Assembly: GCA_034780895.1 (NCBI GenBank)
Contig: JAUZTB010000062.1
Span: 15,097,262 to 15,161,261, forward strand
Direction of reading: 5' to 3'
Source: Rhynchobatus australiae
Lineage: Eukaryota
DNA length: 64,000 nucleotides
Positions 36,701 through 50,046 of this stretch are shown one piece after another. Positions within the stretch are counted from its first letter, which is position 1; each line of letters starts with the position of its first letter. The notes beneath the pieces are model-generated. The model made no database searches and had not been told where the DNA came from. It was given only the letters and a program-made list of their open reading frames with translations. A program made the position numbers and the translations under genes.

Positions 36701-39700
36701 TATCTCCCATGATCTTTAGGCTGTGATGCTTTGGTTCCCAGGAAGGGCATCTTACCATAGTCCTGTGCTGCGCCTTCATGAGGCCAATAGGTTCACATTC
36801 AAGAATTCCTGTTCCCCTTTGGATGAGTAAAGTTCTGTAAATGTGTATGCTAATGTTATATATTAATGTGCATTAACTTTGGCCATTCCATTGCTAAAGG
36901 TCTTTATATCCTGAAAGGGTTTTGCTTCATTTCATTAAGTGTGCGGCCGGTTGGACCCAACCCGCTTCGGTCGCGGCTCAGAGCCGGCAATTCCAGAGGG
37001 GCTGCCGTGTACCTGTGGGAAGGTGTCCGACCAAATGGAAGGGCTTCGGGAGTTGACAACGTTGAGCCATGGGACGGCCTGTCGCTGCCGCTCCGAGCCC
37101 GTCGGTTAACTGTGGACCAAACCTCGACCAACTCCGCTCGTCACCAAAGACCTGCCACAGGCACCCATAATCAGCCACTGGCACGTCCAGAAGCCGTGGC
37201 AGCAATATCCCAATGGCTTTAAGGTCGGTGGCGGTGGGATGACGCTGTGCCTTTGTAGGGGTGGAGTTCACCGTTGTGTTTTGCGCAGGACTGACGGAGA
37301 GCGACGTTTCCTTCACCTCGAAGACAGCATCAGCCGCAGAAACAGTTCCAGGTCCCCGGGCGGTTGCGCTGGAGCCAGGGCAGAGAGCTGACGCAAACGG
37401 AAAGTGGCTCCTGAGCTTCTACACAAATAACGTGCGTCAACAGCTGACCTCGACAAACCAAATGCGAGGCTGTACTATGGGTGTGGGCCACAGGTGNNNN
37501 NNNNNNNNNNNNNNNNNNNNNNNNNNNNNNNNNNNNNNNNNNNNNNNNNNNNNNNNNNNNNNNNNNNNNNNNNNNNNNNNNNNNNNNNNNNNNNNNATGG
37601 GTGTGGGCCACAGGTGACTGGGGCTTTTAAACAATGCCTTAAGTAAGATAATAACAGCAAAGCTGGGAACGATGAGAACATATTCCACAGTTCGCAATGG
37701 GCAATAGACAGAGAACATGCTAGCGATACCCACGTCCAGGAAAATGAATAAAATATAGAGGGTGTAGAATGAAAGTACGAGAATGATTCTAACGAGAGAT
37801 CGCTAAATCAGCTCCTTTCTTTTGCAGGATTGTTGAAGTAGATGAGTATTTGCAGCATTTTTTTATTGGCTTTACAATTAGACTCCTTGACAGTGCGTTC
37901 GCGACTCGCCCTTCCCTATAATTAAAGGTGGGGGCGTTTGACCTGGTTTGTGAGTTCTGTGCCGTGCAACGTGCGGTAAGCACGAAGTGACAGCCGCCCT
38001 GCACCATCCCCCTGCACGAATTGCCTAGCAACTCGTTTTAGGTGTGTGCACGAACGACATAGGTGTGCACTTGGTGCTGCACGCCAGATCCCGCCAGCGG
38101 GGAGACTAATCGCTGCACAGCGCTCTTGTTACTATAAATACACCACATTGTAGCAGTTGCGTCAGTGGATGCTGCGGCCAGCCGACCAATGACAAACTTC
38201 CACGGTCCACAAATATAAAGCAGCCACATCTGGATAGGGGGCCGTTTAGGAGTTGAGAGAGAAAACGTCATCTTTCTAACCCCCCGAGGTAATACTTTAA
38301 TTATGGTGAGGTGCGCCGTTACAGGTGCTGAACAGGCTTCCCGCCGGCACCTGTCCCCTCACCAACCTGGACGTCTACCCTGCCCCCAGGCTCCTGCCTC
38401 TTCGGCTTCCCCGCACCGCGACCCCGCCGCTCCCCTTTCCCCAATCAAGCGGTTTAGCCGCTAAAAAATACAGCCCCTTCTCTCCGCTGTCACAGAGGCC
38501 GCCTTTAGTGAAAGGGTTTCGCCAACCTGCTGACTTCAATAATGTAATTTGGAAGTGGGGGCAGGGTGTGTGGGTTTGGCTGGAGATACAATCTTCAGTT
38601 GGGGGGCAGAATGCCCACATGCCTTCATGCTGCGAACAAGATTTCACGTTAATCTTTGACGGAGGAGCTGAAATCAAACCCCAAAGCGACCACTTTATTT
38701 AAATAATTTGAATCCCTGCAGATGTCACCGGAGCTTCCAAAGTCCCGCAGATGCGGTGACGCTGGTCATTTGCAACCGTGTCGCTGTCAGTGTGTCCATC
38801 CGTCCGTATGACCGGTGTCCACGGGGGCTTCCAACCAGTTTCGAGGGACACAGTACGAAACGTTATAAAACCGTTGAATTCAGTTTGTTGAAAACCTGAA
38901 GGCATCGAGATGTCGCAATAACAGGCTTAAATTAGAATGCAGACACAACGCGGCTGTGCCAGCGGCTCCAGATGTGTTGGGATGATAGGGCTGTGCCCCT
39001 GTGGTATCATGCGGGGCGCCACCGAATACCCCTACCGATTTGGGCACCGTCTATAACCTCTCCCATCTTTCTTGTGGCAATTCTTTATTTTATCGCGAAC
39101 GTTTAGCAGAAAGGGAGTCAATCTGAAAATCCGTACGAGCTTTTAATTGTTCGCAAGGAAAACACAGCTAAATTACATTTCAGCCCATTGACACGATTAC
39201 AGTATTTGAACAGATATAATTGAACTTTTTATCTTGCGCTGAAACAACCTTCAGATTAATGTTGTTTCAGGGATACCTTTGCGATTAAGGGCTCACAGTA
39301 CAGTCGGCGTACTCCCAGGTACACGATTACCATAAAGGTCAGGGCTATTTTAAGCTCTCAAGGATGAGCTAACATTTGTTTAAGGTTTTACTTTCGAAAA
39401 GTATTTCATGCAGATTAAGAAAAGATACGGCCACATCAAGAAAAGAGACTTAAATTAGTGTTTGACATGGGGGAACCAGTTGCTGTCCAGATGGTTTTGG
39501 GGAGGTCCCGAGACCTGCCGGGTTTCCGGAGCAGGAACATTGCAACCGAAGGCGCAGTCGGACTGTGGCTGACACTGCAAACTGGGGCACATACATGCTC
39601 AACTGGAAAGAATCTGAAATGTTATAAATGAATACCGAAATGTCCACATTTCAAACAGAAACAACATAAAACCTACGTTTCTGCAAAACTGCAGAAAAGC

Positions 39701-39824
39701 ATTAAGCTCCGACTGGCCAACCGCTCAGCCTGAAAAGCTTGAAAATATTTATCAGCGCAGTAAAATGTCTCAACGTGTTAGCGTGACATTAAATCAAAAT
39801 GGCGGATAGTGGAAGGTTAGTGCT

Positions 39825-40150
39825 AAGCAAAATACTCAGTGCTGGCAACATCAGAGATAACATTGGTGCTTTGTTCAAGATTCCACACACATTGGGGTAG
39901 AATACAAGTAGATTTGCCTGTGTTCTCTTCTTATTCTGGAGGTGCCAATATAAATGAAAGGTGGCCCTTAACATCAAACTTTCGTAATCAGGTGNNNNNN
40001 NNNNNNNNNNNNNNNNNNNNNNATATTCTGATGAACGATCAATCGCATTAAATAATAACTGTGTCTCCGCAGGTGCTGTTTGACCTACTGAGTATTCCCA
40101 GCACTGCCTGTTTTTATTTCAGGTTTCCGGCATGGGCGGTATTTTATTTC
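39825..40150. repeat. Penelope-terminal-derived repeat, degenerate
   Basis: gacctactgagtattcccagcactgcctgtttttatttcaggtttccggcat matches the right arm of the 36543 element. Preceded by ctgatga at 40028. Confidence 0.55.
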
Positions 40151-41509
40151 TGGCTTCGAGTCCTTTGTTGCCCTAACTATCCCGCGGACGTTTGGAACCA
40201 GTCCTTCCCATTAGAACTCATGGTTCACATTGGAAGTCACGCTCATGTCCATATGCATCGTAATATTTTGTTTAGAAAGCGACAGGCATAATTACCCTGA
40301 ACACTCTACAGAAATCATTTGTTGAAGAAATTCATAGTATCAATGCTTAATTTGCTCTGTGTTTCATATTTTAGTTTTACGATCACAACTGGACGTATAT
40401 TGATTAGTAATCAATATCCTTTAAATCTTAATTATGGTATTTATTCCCCATGATGTGACATTGATACACATTTAAATACGAGTGGCAGTACATGGACGTC
40501 TCTCTCTGGGGTCAGCCTCTCATTTTAATTACAATGATTTGATTTTTCTAGCTATTTGATGTTGTCAAATGTCAAATATTACATCTTACCAACAACTGCA
40601 TTAATTGTACATATACACTATGATTTTAAAAGGAGCTATTTGAAAGAGAGAGAGAGAGAAACGTCTGCCAGGAAATGATTGTTGATTACAAATGGAGAAG
40701 AGTTTCGTTTTTAAGGTCAAACCGCTCAACCACAGCGAGGGACAAGCAGGTGGCTCGCAAAATGAGCAGTGCTGGTAATAACAGAGAGCATGTACATGAA
40801 GTGCTCGAAAATGAAGAAAGCTGATAATTCCTGGTACAATGAACATGGTAGCAGGAGCTTCTAAAAGGAAATGTAGGCTGAATTTAATGGATAAGATTTA
40901 TAACCTGAGGTATTGTCGAAAGAGTTTGCTACACTATCGATTAACTGCAAAATGGCAATGAACTAAGCACACAAATAGCTCCTGGTAGGTTGCTATAGCA
41001 CCTATCTCTCATTGATTTATTGAAGACCGCCTCTCTCTTGTCGATGCTAATAAAATGACGGTACTTTCCCTGAACAAAGGAGTAATTCTTCATAAAATAA
41101 TAGCCTGGATAAATTCCCAATCATCTTGGGATTCTGTATCGTTCGAAAATCGACGTCGGACCTCTGAACAAAAGAGATTTCTATTTGTCACGGAGTCTTC
41201 ATTAACGCCATTTTCATTTAGTTGTAGATGTTGGGCAGTGACACATGCCGGTGTGTGGCTGCCCACGTGTTAGTTAGAGCTTACATGACCCGGGCGAGGA
41301 CCATGTAATGGTCCTTTTGATGAGTGAGTTGCTGAGGACCCGGTTCGACTCTGCCCATGAGTTTCCCAGTCACCAGGTACATAGTGCAAGAAAACGGGTT
41401 CGTTTGGGTTCAAGCCAAGCTTTTGACCTTTAGTTATCTTACACGCAACATCACTCCATCCGCCCTCTTTTGAGGATATTACATAGAAGAATGCTTATCT
41501 ACAGGAGCT

Positions 41510-41935
41510 GCCGGCTTGACTCATTAAGACGCACTCTCACCTGGGTCAGAAGGTTGTGAGTTGATGAGGCTCCTGGGTGTTGATCACAACTGTCTAGGCT
41601 GACGCTCGGGTGCAGTGCCGATGGATTGCTGCATTGACAGAGGCGGACTCTTTCCGATGCGACATTAAAAGAGTCTCCCGTCTGCTCTCAGATGGGGACG
41701 ATCCAATGATCCTACGGAGTAAGATTTAAGGTCCTTTTCCTTGTGTGCTGGTCAATATTTCTCCCGCAAACAATATCAGTAAATAGATTGGTCTTAATCG
41801 CCTTGGTCTCTGTGGGAGCTTGCTCTTCCTAAATTGGCTGCCCCGTTTCCGACTTACCACAATAATCAAGACTTGACAGAGTATTTTATTGGGTGTAGAA
41901 TGTTTTGTGCGTGTCCTGACATCGCGATCAGCCTA
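41510..41935 (+). mobile_element. DeuSINE-type (SacSINE1-like) SINE
   Basis: tRNA-like head gcactctcacctgggtcagaaggttgtgagtt, Deu-domain-like gctgac...tgcagtgccgatggattgctgcattgacagagg...ttccgatgcgacattaaa, and tgtgggagcttgct...aaattggctgcc. Confidence 0.7.
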
Positions 41936-44900
41936 ACTTTCTTCTTAATACTAAAGGTTTAAGGAATAAAGTGTGATTTGAATATAATTACAAAGAGCTG
42001 TGTTGCAAAGTTCTTTCAAAACCAGGTTGAGCTAAAGCAGCGGAACGTAGATACAATCAACACATTTAACAATAAGTCTAATCATTAATATGAAATTAAC
42101 GGATCATTGGACCTTTGATGTACTTGAGAGTCCGATCCTATTACAAATACAGTGAAGGAGTCGTAAAAAAAGACCACGATTTCAGTCCAATCTGGTCACG
42201 GCCACTACACCTACCCCTGAAAAGCGCTTTCCCCAAGAGCTAAAGAAAAACTGAAGTTGATATAAGAAAGGGGAATAAATTCTTCACCTACCATTAAGAC
42301 CAAGAAAAAACGCTCTGGCGATTGCATTAGCCCACGGCTGACACCTTGTATAACCAATGTACTTTAAACAATTGGAAGCATCTTTTATAGTTTATCATAA
42401 GATCGATAGTCCATTGGTCTAATGAAGTATGAATNNNNNNNNNNNNNNNNNNNNNNNNNNNNNNNNNNNNNNNNNNNNNNNNNNNNNNNNNNNNNNNNNN
42501 NNNNNNNNNNNNNNNNNCCTGAAGTGGCAGGTCAACGGAGGAAATGCCGAGTCTGTTCCAACTGAAACACGCATGAGCGGCGAAACATACCCGTTATGTT
42601 GGCTATTTTGAATTTTCGGAATTAGCGCCACAAATTGCTCATTCACAATTTACATTTGTTGATTTCAAATCACCCACGTGTGACCAAGTGCTCGGATAAT
42701 GACCATTTCTGCCTTAGCTGCTTTGCTGTCGACCTTTCTAATAGGGTCGGGATTTGGCTGGTGAGAGAGAGCCCGGACCCCGTATTTTGACCGGGGCATT
42801 TGGTTTTGCTGAAAAGGTTTCCGGCAGGATTCCCTTCTCTACACCGGTACACCAACCGTAGCAATCAGTGCACACTTGACGGGTCCCGTTTTTTGGATTT
42901 ACGTGGTACGTTACTGATTTATCCCAATCCAGAAAACAAGGGCTACTTTGTAGGTTTAGTAAAGACTTGACATTGGCCCCAGTATTAGAAACCTGATTCC
43001 GTCAACTTTTATATCAATAAATGAGTGAATCTATCAAGCAATAGAACAATGCGTTCACTGCAACATACCCTACATCTTGAATATCTTCATGCATCGTCGG
43101 AATAGGTAAAATGACCCACACATTATGATACTGAACTTGCATCCATCAGAAACTGCCACACAACGTTCCTTTTATTTGTATTACTCGAAGCTGATTAACG
43201 TTACCCAAGAGTCGCATGAGACGGCGAATGGTTGACGGTCCTGTAATGTCGGAGTCTGAACTCCCGATATAAATTGGCTATGAAAAACGTTAGTAAAATC
43301 ATACTTCTTGGCAATGAAACAAGGTAAGTTTTACATCTATGAAGGTATTGGTCACAAAAAGCCGCGGTTCAATTAACGGTTATCAATTAATATCTATTAA
43401 TAGGCGACTGCACGCTTTCAAATCAATTCATGTGCGATTTTTGGCATTAGACCAAAGTTACATTATATTAAAAAGTCCTGACAGTGAATTTGGTATCTTT
43501 GGTGTCATATAACTTTACTGAATTGGTTTCTATGGTGGATTAGTTTACAAAAAAAAACCCAAATGGTGATATTGAAGTGCTTTGAATTGCCTTGATGGTC
43601 ATACCCCTACTTGCTGGAAGAAAGAACCAGACAATTGTTCTTCCACACGTAATCCCTTTGCTTAGTCATTGGTTGACTCATTGGTATCTTATGCAAGAAA
43701 GGGTAGGTGAAGGTTCACTTGTGACATCTAATTTAGATGACGTCTTGCCCTCGCCGCAATTTGAGAAATGCTGTTTGTTGATTGGTTGACCAGCTAATTA
43801 ACTTGAAAAGTAGCAAGTCCGATATAAATCATTCTGATGGATAAACAGCAAAGTAGCTCAAGCATCTGGAAAATCAGTCAGATTCTGATCTGCCTCGTTT
43901 AAACATCATCAGCATTGGCATTTAGTATTACTATCAGGTGTATCACCAATTGATTTTTAAATTCGATTTCTGCCTTAGCAGTTAACAGAGTGTCCAAACG
44001 AACCCTTTACATAGGAAGAAAATTTGAGAAGATCCCAATACCTTTCAGAAGATGCATTACAGAGAGCTTACGTCAAAAAAAGAATTAAAGTTAGCCGCAG
44101 GTGAAGTGAGAACACCAGAGATCCAATCACCCCATACATCATCCACCCAAATCTAGCTTCCAGCAAGATTTGCAGAATTTCACCCTGAGGAAAGATGCTC
44201 AAAATGATGTTTTCCCTTATAGTACAGAAGCCATGTACTTCTATGTAGTGCTACAATTGTATGATTGGTTGAAAATGTGGAGAAACATTAAAGTGTCTAA
44301 TAGCTTTTTGATTTTGCTATGGATTGAAAAATGGTCATTATTTTAGATATTCAGTTGGTCACTGAGGAGTTGAGGTTTGTGCAGCCTACAATAAAAATGA
44401 TATACCTTAACAAGATTGTTACCAAAATACCTGGTTATTTTGCAACTAGTATATATAGCTAGGGGCTCCTTAGATTCAGATTAATTTAATTCTTAAATGT
44501 GGCAAAAGATCAATCCATAGTCACCAGTTGCAACTGGAAGCAAGGCAGAACTTTACTACAGGAGAGATTTCCATAATCAAATTAGAGTTTTATAATCTGC
44601 ATAGTTATAACCTTATTAAACAATAAGATGAAAATACCTGATCTATGTCTTTACAGAATGCAATATATATTTATTTGCTTATTCTAAAACTCCCAGATGA
44701 TATTTTCTTATTTCAACCAGCAAAAAAAGTGATGGATCAGCCAGAACATATAATGTGGGATTTAATGGTATTTGGTTCCTCAAAAATTCCTGAAGAAATG
44801 TGCACACCCCATGCCAAAGCAGTTGCACCTCAGGGCATTGCTAATGCAGATGGAAAAACATACCATCTGTTTTATCATAATGACTGAAACTGGGCAACTG

Positions 44901-47900
44901 CTTAATTCCCATTTTACAAAGCCTTCTTTAACAGTTCGAGTTCTGCATGTATAAAAGTGATAGCTGTATCATCACATAATGATAAGAGCACTAATGATCT
45001 CTGGAAAGCATTTAATAGCTCCATCTATGTAAATGAAAATCACTGCTTAGAAAAATGTTTACTATGTAGATGAAATGTACAAATTAATTGGTGTTAAACA
45101 TGGGTGGAGGTGTATACTGCACTCTAACTTGAGCCAGTAGGTTTCTTTGAATAGAGGAAAAAAATTTAAAAAATCCATGTAATGCTTAATGAATTTTGGG
45201 AACATGAAAATACCAGTATCCACTGACTACATGGAGTATGTAGAATAATTGCTGGTATTTTCCAATTAGTATATCTGTGTAATGGTAGCATCTCTGTACT
45301 TAGCAATGATGTGCCAGATGCCATTATCTTCACTATTATCACAGTGGTGCCATCTCCTTGCAGGTGTAATTTTGAGCTTGATATACTGATGAGTTGAACA
45401 GGGAAATCATAATTTTCTTTTATTGAACAGGAATTTACAAGAAATTACCTTCTAATTGTAGCAAAAAAGCAAATGGCTGGAAATGTCTCAGTGTTAGAAA
45501 TTCTGTGCCAATTGTATGTTTCTTTTTTTAAAAAAGGGGCTTATAGTTTGTAGTAATCTAAGCATTGAGATTTAAAGAAAACTCTCCTTAAAAAAGGGAA
45601 TCTAGCAAAAATCATGGATTTTTTGTGCACCTATGGTTTAATGAGTCAGGGGTTTATAAGTACAATGAAGGATACTCAAGTGCCAGGTCAAAAAGTATTG
45701 CATGACACTCAAGTCCAAATTTCATTTGATTATCAGAAGCATTCAAGCATACCATGTTAAAATAAACCAGATAGTCCTTCAAAGAGGAAAGTCCACATGG
45801 TTCAAAGTGTTCAATTAACAACATTGCAATTCAAAATTACAGGTGCAAGATACTAAGGCCAACATGAAAAAGCTGACTGAAACCATTTTGTAATTGCAGC
45901 TATATGCAAATATTCATAATAATCAAAAAAATCAAGCAAGCAAGCAGATACAATGATCATGGCAGTTTAGTATGTAAATAACTAATATATAATATTTTTT
46001 ACCAGTAATCAAAACAGCTGAAATTCTGATAAATTATCAGATTGTATCTAAAACATTTCATTAAGGTCCAATAGAAATGATCAATTATCATCATATATTA
46101 CTCTGTTCAATTGGTATGTTCGTCTGTTTGAATATTTTTCCTTATCCACTGAATTTATATTAAAGAGTAACCATGGCTTGTTTAATTGCCAATACGTATG
46201 AATTAATTAAAAATAAATATATTTCTTATCAACAATTTCAGGTCATGGAAATAACAGCCCAATTATTATTTTACATGAATTAAGAAACTGACATGATCTG
46301 GCTTCTCATTTCCTTTCATGTTAGATTCCTCATGTGTTAATGCATTTTAACCTCAGAAGGAAAAGCCAATACAGGGTGGAGAGTTAATTGCATAAATGTA
46401 CAGGATGTCAATCTGGAAGTGCCACAGTAGCTAACGTGCATTGTGACATTTGCTGTTAATCATAAGAAGGTGATCCAAAAGAATTATATGGAAGATTTTG
46501 CAACTTTGGATCAATATTATTTTAGCACAATGAACCACATTTGAATTATACATATCTAGGTTGAAATTATGCACACATGTTTTGCCAGTTATAAATGCCT
46601 TGATTTTAAACAATACAAGTAATATTTCTATTTGTCTAATTACAATATAACAAACTAATTCAGATCATGTTATAGTTCCTGAAGTTACTGATTCTTTAAT
46701 ATGCTCTAATGCATTGTATTGAGGATTAAGAACAAATGCTGACAGATTCAGAATGCTAATATGTAAAGTCAGCTCTCATCACAATGTTTTAGATTAACTC
46801 TTATATTCAATGTTCCTACATCAAACATGTTGAATGTAAATATTAGTTGAATCCTTGTTTATGAACCTGAAATACAGTAATTTAATAACATTCTGGGATG
46901 TTCCAACCAGCTAATATATGGACATTAATGTTAAGAAACAAACGTATCCTTGTTCCTTCTCTTCTGTTGTTAAGATATATGTACCTAAAACAAAGTTATG
47001 CTATTGTCAGCGTTCTGTCGACAAACTGCTCTGTTTCTAATGATTTAAACATGTCTGAGGATGGATTATATTTACACCAAAACAGGTATTTACCTACATC
47101 ATGTAACTGCCATGAGAAGGACAAGGCTGTCTGTTTTGGAATGAATCTACATTTATTTATGAATAGTCAAGCTATGTTTACAATACCTCTGCCAAGGTTT
47201 GACATGCTGGGTATTTCATAATAGATTTAGCAAACTTAATTGCCCTGTGACTATGTTGCAACATGCTCTTGCTCAGTTCTTTGTGTAAGGCAGAGAAATG
47301 TAAAATGTCATGAATACCATTTAACCATTTATTTTTTAATAGAAGTAACTGTTATCAATAGTAAAATAATTGATTTTTGTGGTGCATTTCTGGGCCTCTG
47401 CACTCTTCTGATGCTAAGAGTTGCTGACCATGAATGGTAATCTGCTTGTACTGGACATATTTGGGGATATTTGACATTTTATTCGTTTTTTAATTGTATT
47501 CAAAATTAACATTTTGGTTGCAATGCTCTTGGATTAATATCCATACATCCCCTGAAGGCCAATAGTAACAGACCACAAGAAACTGGGTATTATCCGGTCA
47601 AGGCACCGCCAGAGTTTTCTGAGGATTCAAGTGGAGCACCAATAATATCAAATCGTGTGCAATGGTAGAAAAAAATGATTGCAGGATATTGACACAGCGT
47701 TGCTTAAGTACAATGAAAAATCGCACGGTTCAACCTAGTCAAATAACCACGTGTCCACCGTGCTGAGGATTGCCATTCCCATCATCACATAACAGTCTCG
47801 ATATGTTCCTCCAAATGCATTAATCTACTGCTGATAAAAGCATCATACTCGGTTTAGATGTAGACGCCAGCAATAAAGATGTATGCACTTTCTGTTTCGA

Positions 47901-49417
47901 TGTACAACTTTGTGGTCAATTGTTTCATTCAATGAAAAAAAGTATTTTAATCATTAAGCTCTGCCGTGCATATGCAACAGTAGTTGTGTATTTCGTCCGT
48001 GACCATTATCCTAATATGGGCATCTGTGTCAGAAGCATTTTGAGTGTTGATAAATTCGAGTGGAGAGCGATGGTGAGGGGGATGGGACGTGCTGCGCTTT
48101 TTCATTGACTAGGACGTCACTTTCAGGCGTTTTGTTTGAACTTCTTCCATTTCTAATTGTATCAATTGATTTTTGTTTCTCTTCGCTTTGAATTTTAAAA
48201 TTAAACACTCAGGGAGATGGGCATCTTGGAAGTTGCGTCATTGTCAGTTGCCTTCGGTCGTCCATTCCAACTGAATTCCCACAGAAGGCTTCTGTCTTTC
48301 TTTTGTGACTGATCGGAGGGCAATTGCGTAGACAATCGATGCACTGTGATTGCTAGCTCTAAATTTTACCTACATGAGGTGAAAAAGAAGCCGGTGGACG
48401 GCAAAGGGAACTTGTTACCGCGGTATTGTGTTCTGAAGGCTTTCCTATTCTGAGCGCCGAGTGCTGACTGGGTTACAGCTGGAAATTGGCACTGCCCAAC
48501 CAGGAGCCATGGTTGCTCTTTGAGTAAGAGTATTGTATGCTCGTTTCGAAGGTTCCATTATGTAACACTCCACCATAACACTACAAGGAAGCATATGATC
48601 ATTGGCCAACATGACACCACGATGCCATAATCATTATGTTGCCATGATCGTACATCGCCTGTGCTCAATGTGGAGAGGGGGAGGGCGAGGATCAAGCTGG
48701 CTAACGGTAATGCATACTTTGCAGATTGTAAGCACAATAAAGGAAATATGAATCACTGTGAGTTAACTGGTGGTGGATGAAATGAAATGAAACAGTGAGG
48801 CGCTTTCATGCATGTCAAAAATGAAGCAGGTTTCTCGAAGAACGCAAGACATTACTAGCTCGATGCAGAGCCAATTAGAAGAGGACACGAAAGACATTTG
48901 CACCTCGCAGTGGAACGAAACTGCGAACCCGGGGAATTACATTGTTTAGATGCGATGGAATAGTCACAACTGAAAGAGAAAGAGAGTGGGGGAGGAAAGC
49001 ACAATCTTCTGGCGTTCATTTCCGTGTCGTTCTTTCTCAATTTGGGGAAATATAATTTATCTTTCTGCTATTACCATACAAGGCTGCGTCTTGCCCGTAT
49101 TTGGTGCTGTAGTTAGATTCTCCGACCTCAGGCGGGGCTGCATTGATTGACAGCTCCAGCTCCTGACGCCACAGCGTTGTGTTGCTGCGTTTTGCGTTGC
49201 CGGCTCTGCAGCAGAGAGAGAGGGAGAGGGATAGAGCGGAGAGATCTCTGACTGCCGAGTCAGGATCCAAGAGGACAGAAAAGCCCGCTCGGAAAACGAG
49301 CCAAAGGCACAGCGGGGAAAGTGAGGCGGAGGCTGTCGACAGGCGGAGGGCGCCCCGGTGCAGCGATCTACAGCGCACGGAAGGTCAAGCGGCGCCCGTC
49401 CAGCTCCTCGCATCGAT

Positions 49418-49486
49418 ATGGAGTTGCCAGCCGCAGGGGAGCACGTATTTGCCGTGGAGAGCATCGAGAAAAAGCGCATCAGGAAG
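49418..49486 (+). CDS. CBX4: Chromobox protein 4 (Pc2; PRC1 subunit and SUMO E3 ligase), exon 1
   Basis: ATG at 49418 encodes MELPAAGEHVFAVESIEKKRIRK, then donor GTAAAT at 49487. Matches the CBX4 chromodomain start (CBX8 would read MELSAVGERVFAAE). Confidence 0.97.
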
Positions 49487-49597
49487 GTAAATGTGACCAG
49501 CTCTAATTTACCTCTCCGCTAATTCCGCCACGTTATTGATCAGTAACAGGGCTGTCTTTCCTTTCCTGTGACGAACACTGTCTTTATTTCTCTACAG

Positions 49598-49641
49598 GGA
49601 AGAGTCGAATACCTGGTGAAATGGAGGGGATGGTCTCCCAA
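49598..49641 (+). CDS. CBX4: CBX4 exon 2
   Basis: Acceptor tctctacag; 44 nt encoding GRVEYLVKWRGWSP(K); donor GTGAGT. Confidence 0.97.
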
Positions 49642-49980
49642 GTGAGTCCCATTTTGCATGTTTTTTTAATAGATAAACTACAGTGTGTGCGCGTACGGGC
49701 GAGTGGGTGTGGATAGTGGAAGAATTTTGTAGACCTCAGTCATTTCCCTTTTTACAAATGCCAACAGTGAGTTGTTAGTAGATAACCAATGTAACAAAAA
49801 TGGCCAATGAGAGTCCTGGAATGTCCTAATGGACTGTGAAACAGATATGATAGTGTGTGAACGGAATGAAAATGGCCTCTCTTGTACACTGCTTGAATAG
49901 CAGCAATAGATCGCTTTATTTTTTTCCGCTTGTGAGATTGTGAGAGGTTTTGAGTTGACCTGCTGGTGTCTTCTGTGCAG

Positions 49981-50046
49981 ATACAACACGTGGGAACCAG
50001 AGGAGAATATCCTGGATCCTCGACTGCTCCTGGCTTTCCAACACAG
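49981..50046 (+). CDS. CBX4: CBX4 exon 3
   Basis: Acceptor ttctgtgcag; 66 nt encoding (K)[21 protein letters not shown](R); donor GTAAAT. Confidence 0.97.

Noticed and set aside
36866-37617. Overlapping 75-118 aa ORFs in the CpG-rich block
   Set aside because: No similarity to any protein family I recognise and no convincing splice structure; explained by high GC.
39239-39270. Perfect 10-bp inverted repeat CTGAAACAAC / GTTGTTTCAG with a 12-nt spacer
   Set aside because: Short and isolated, with no associated element or supporting context; may be chance.
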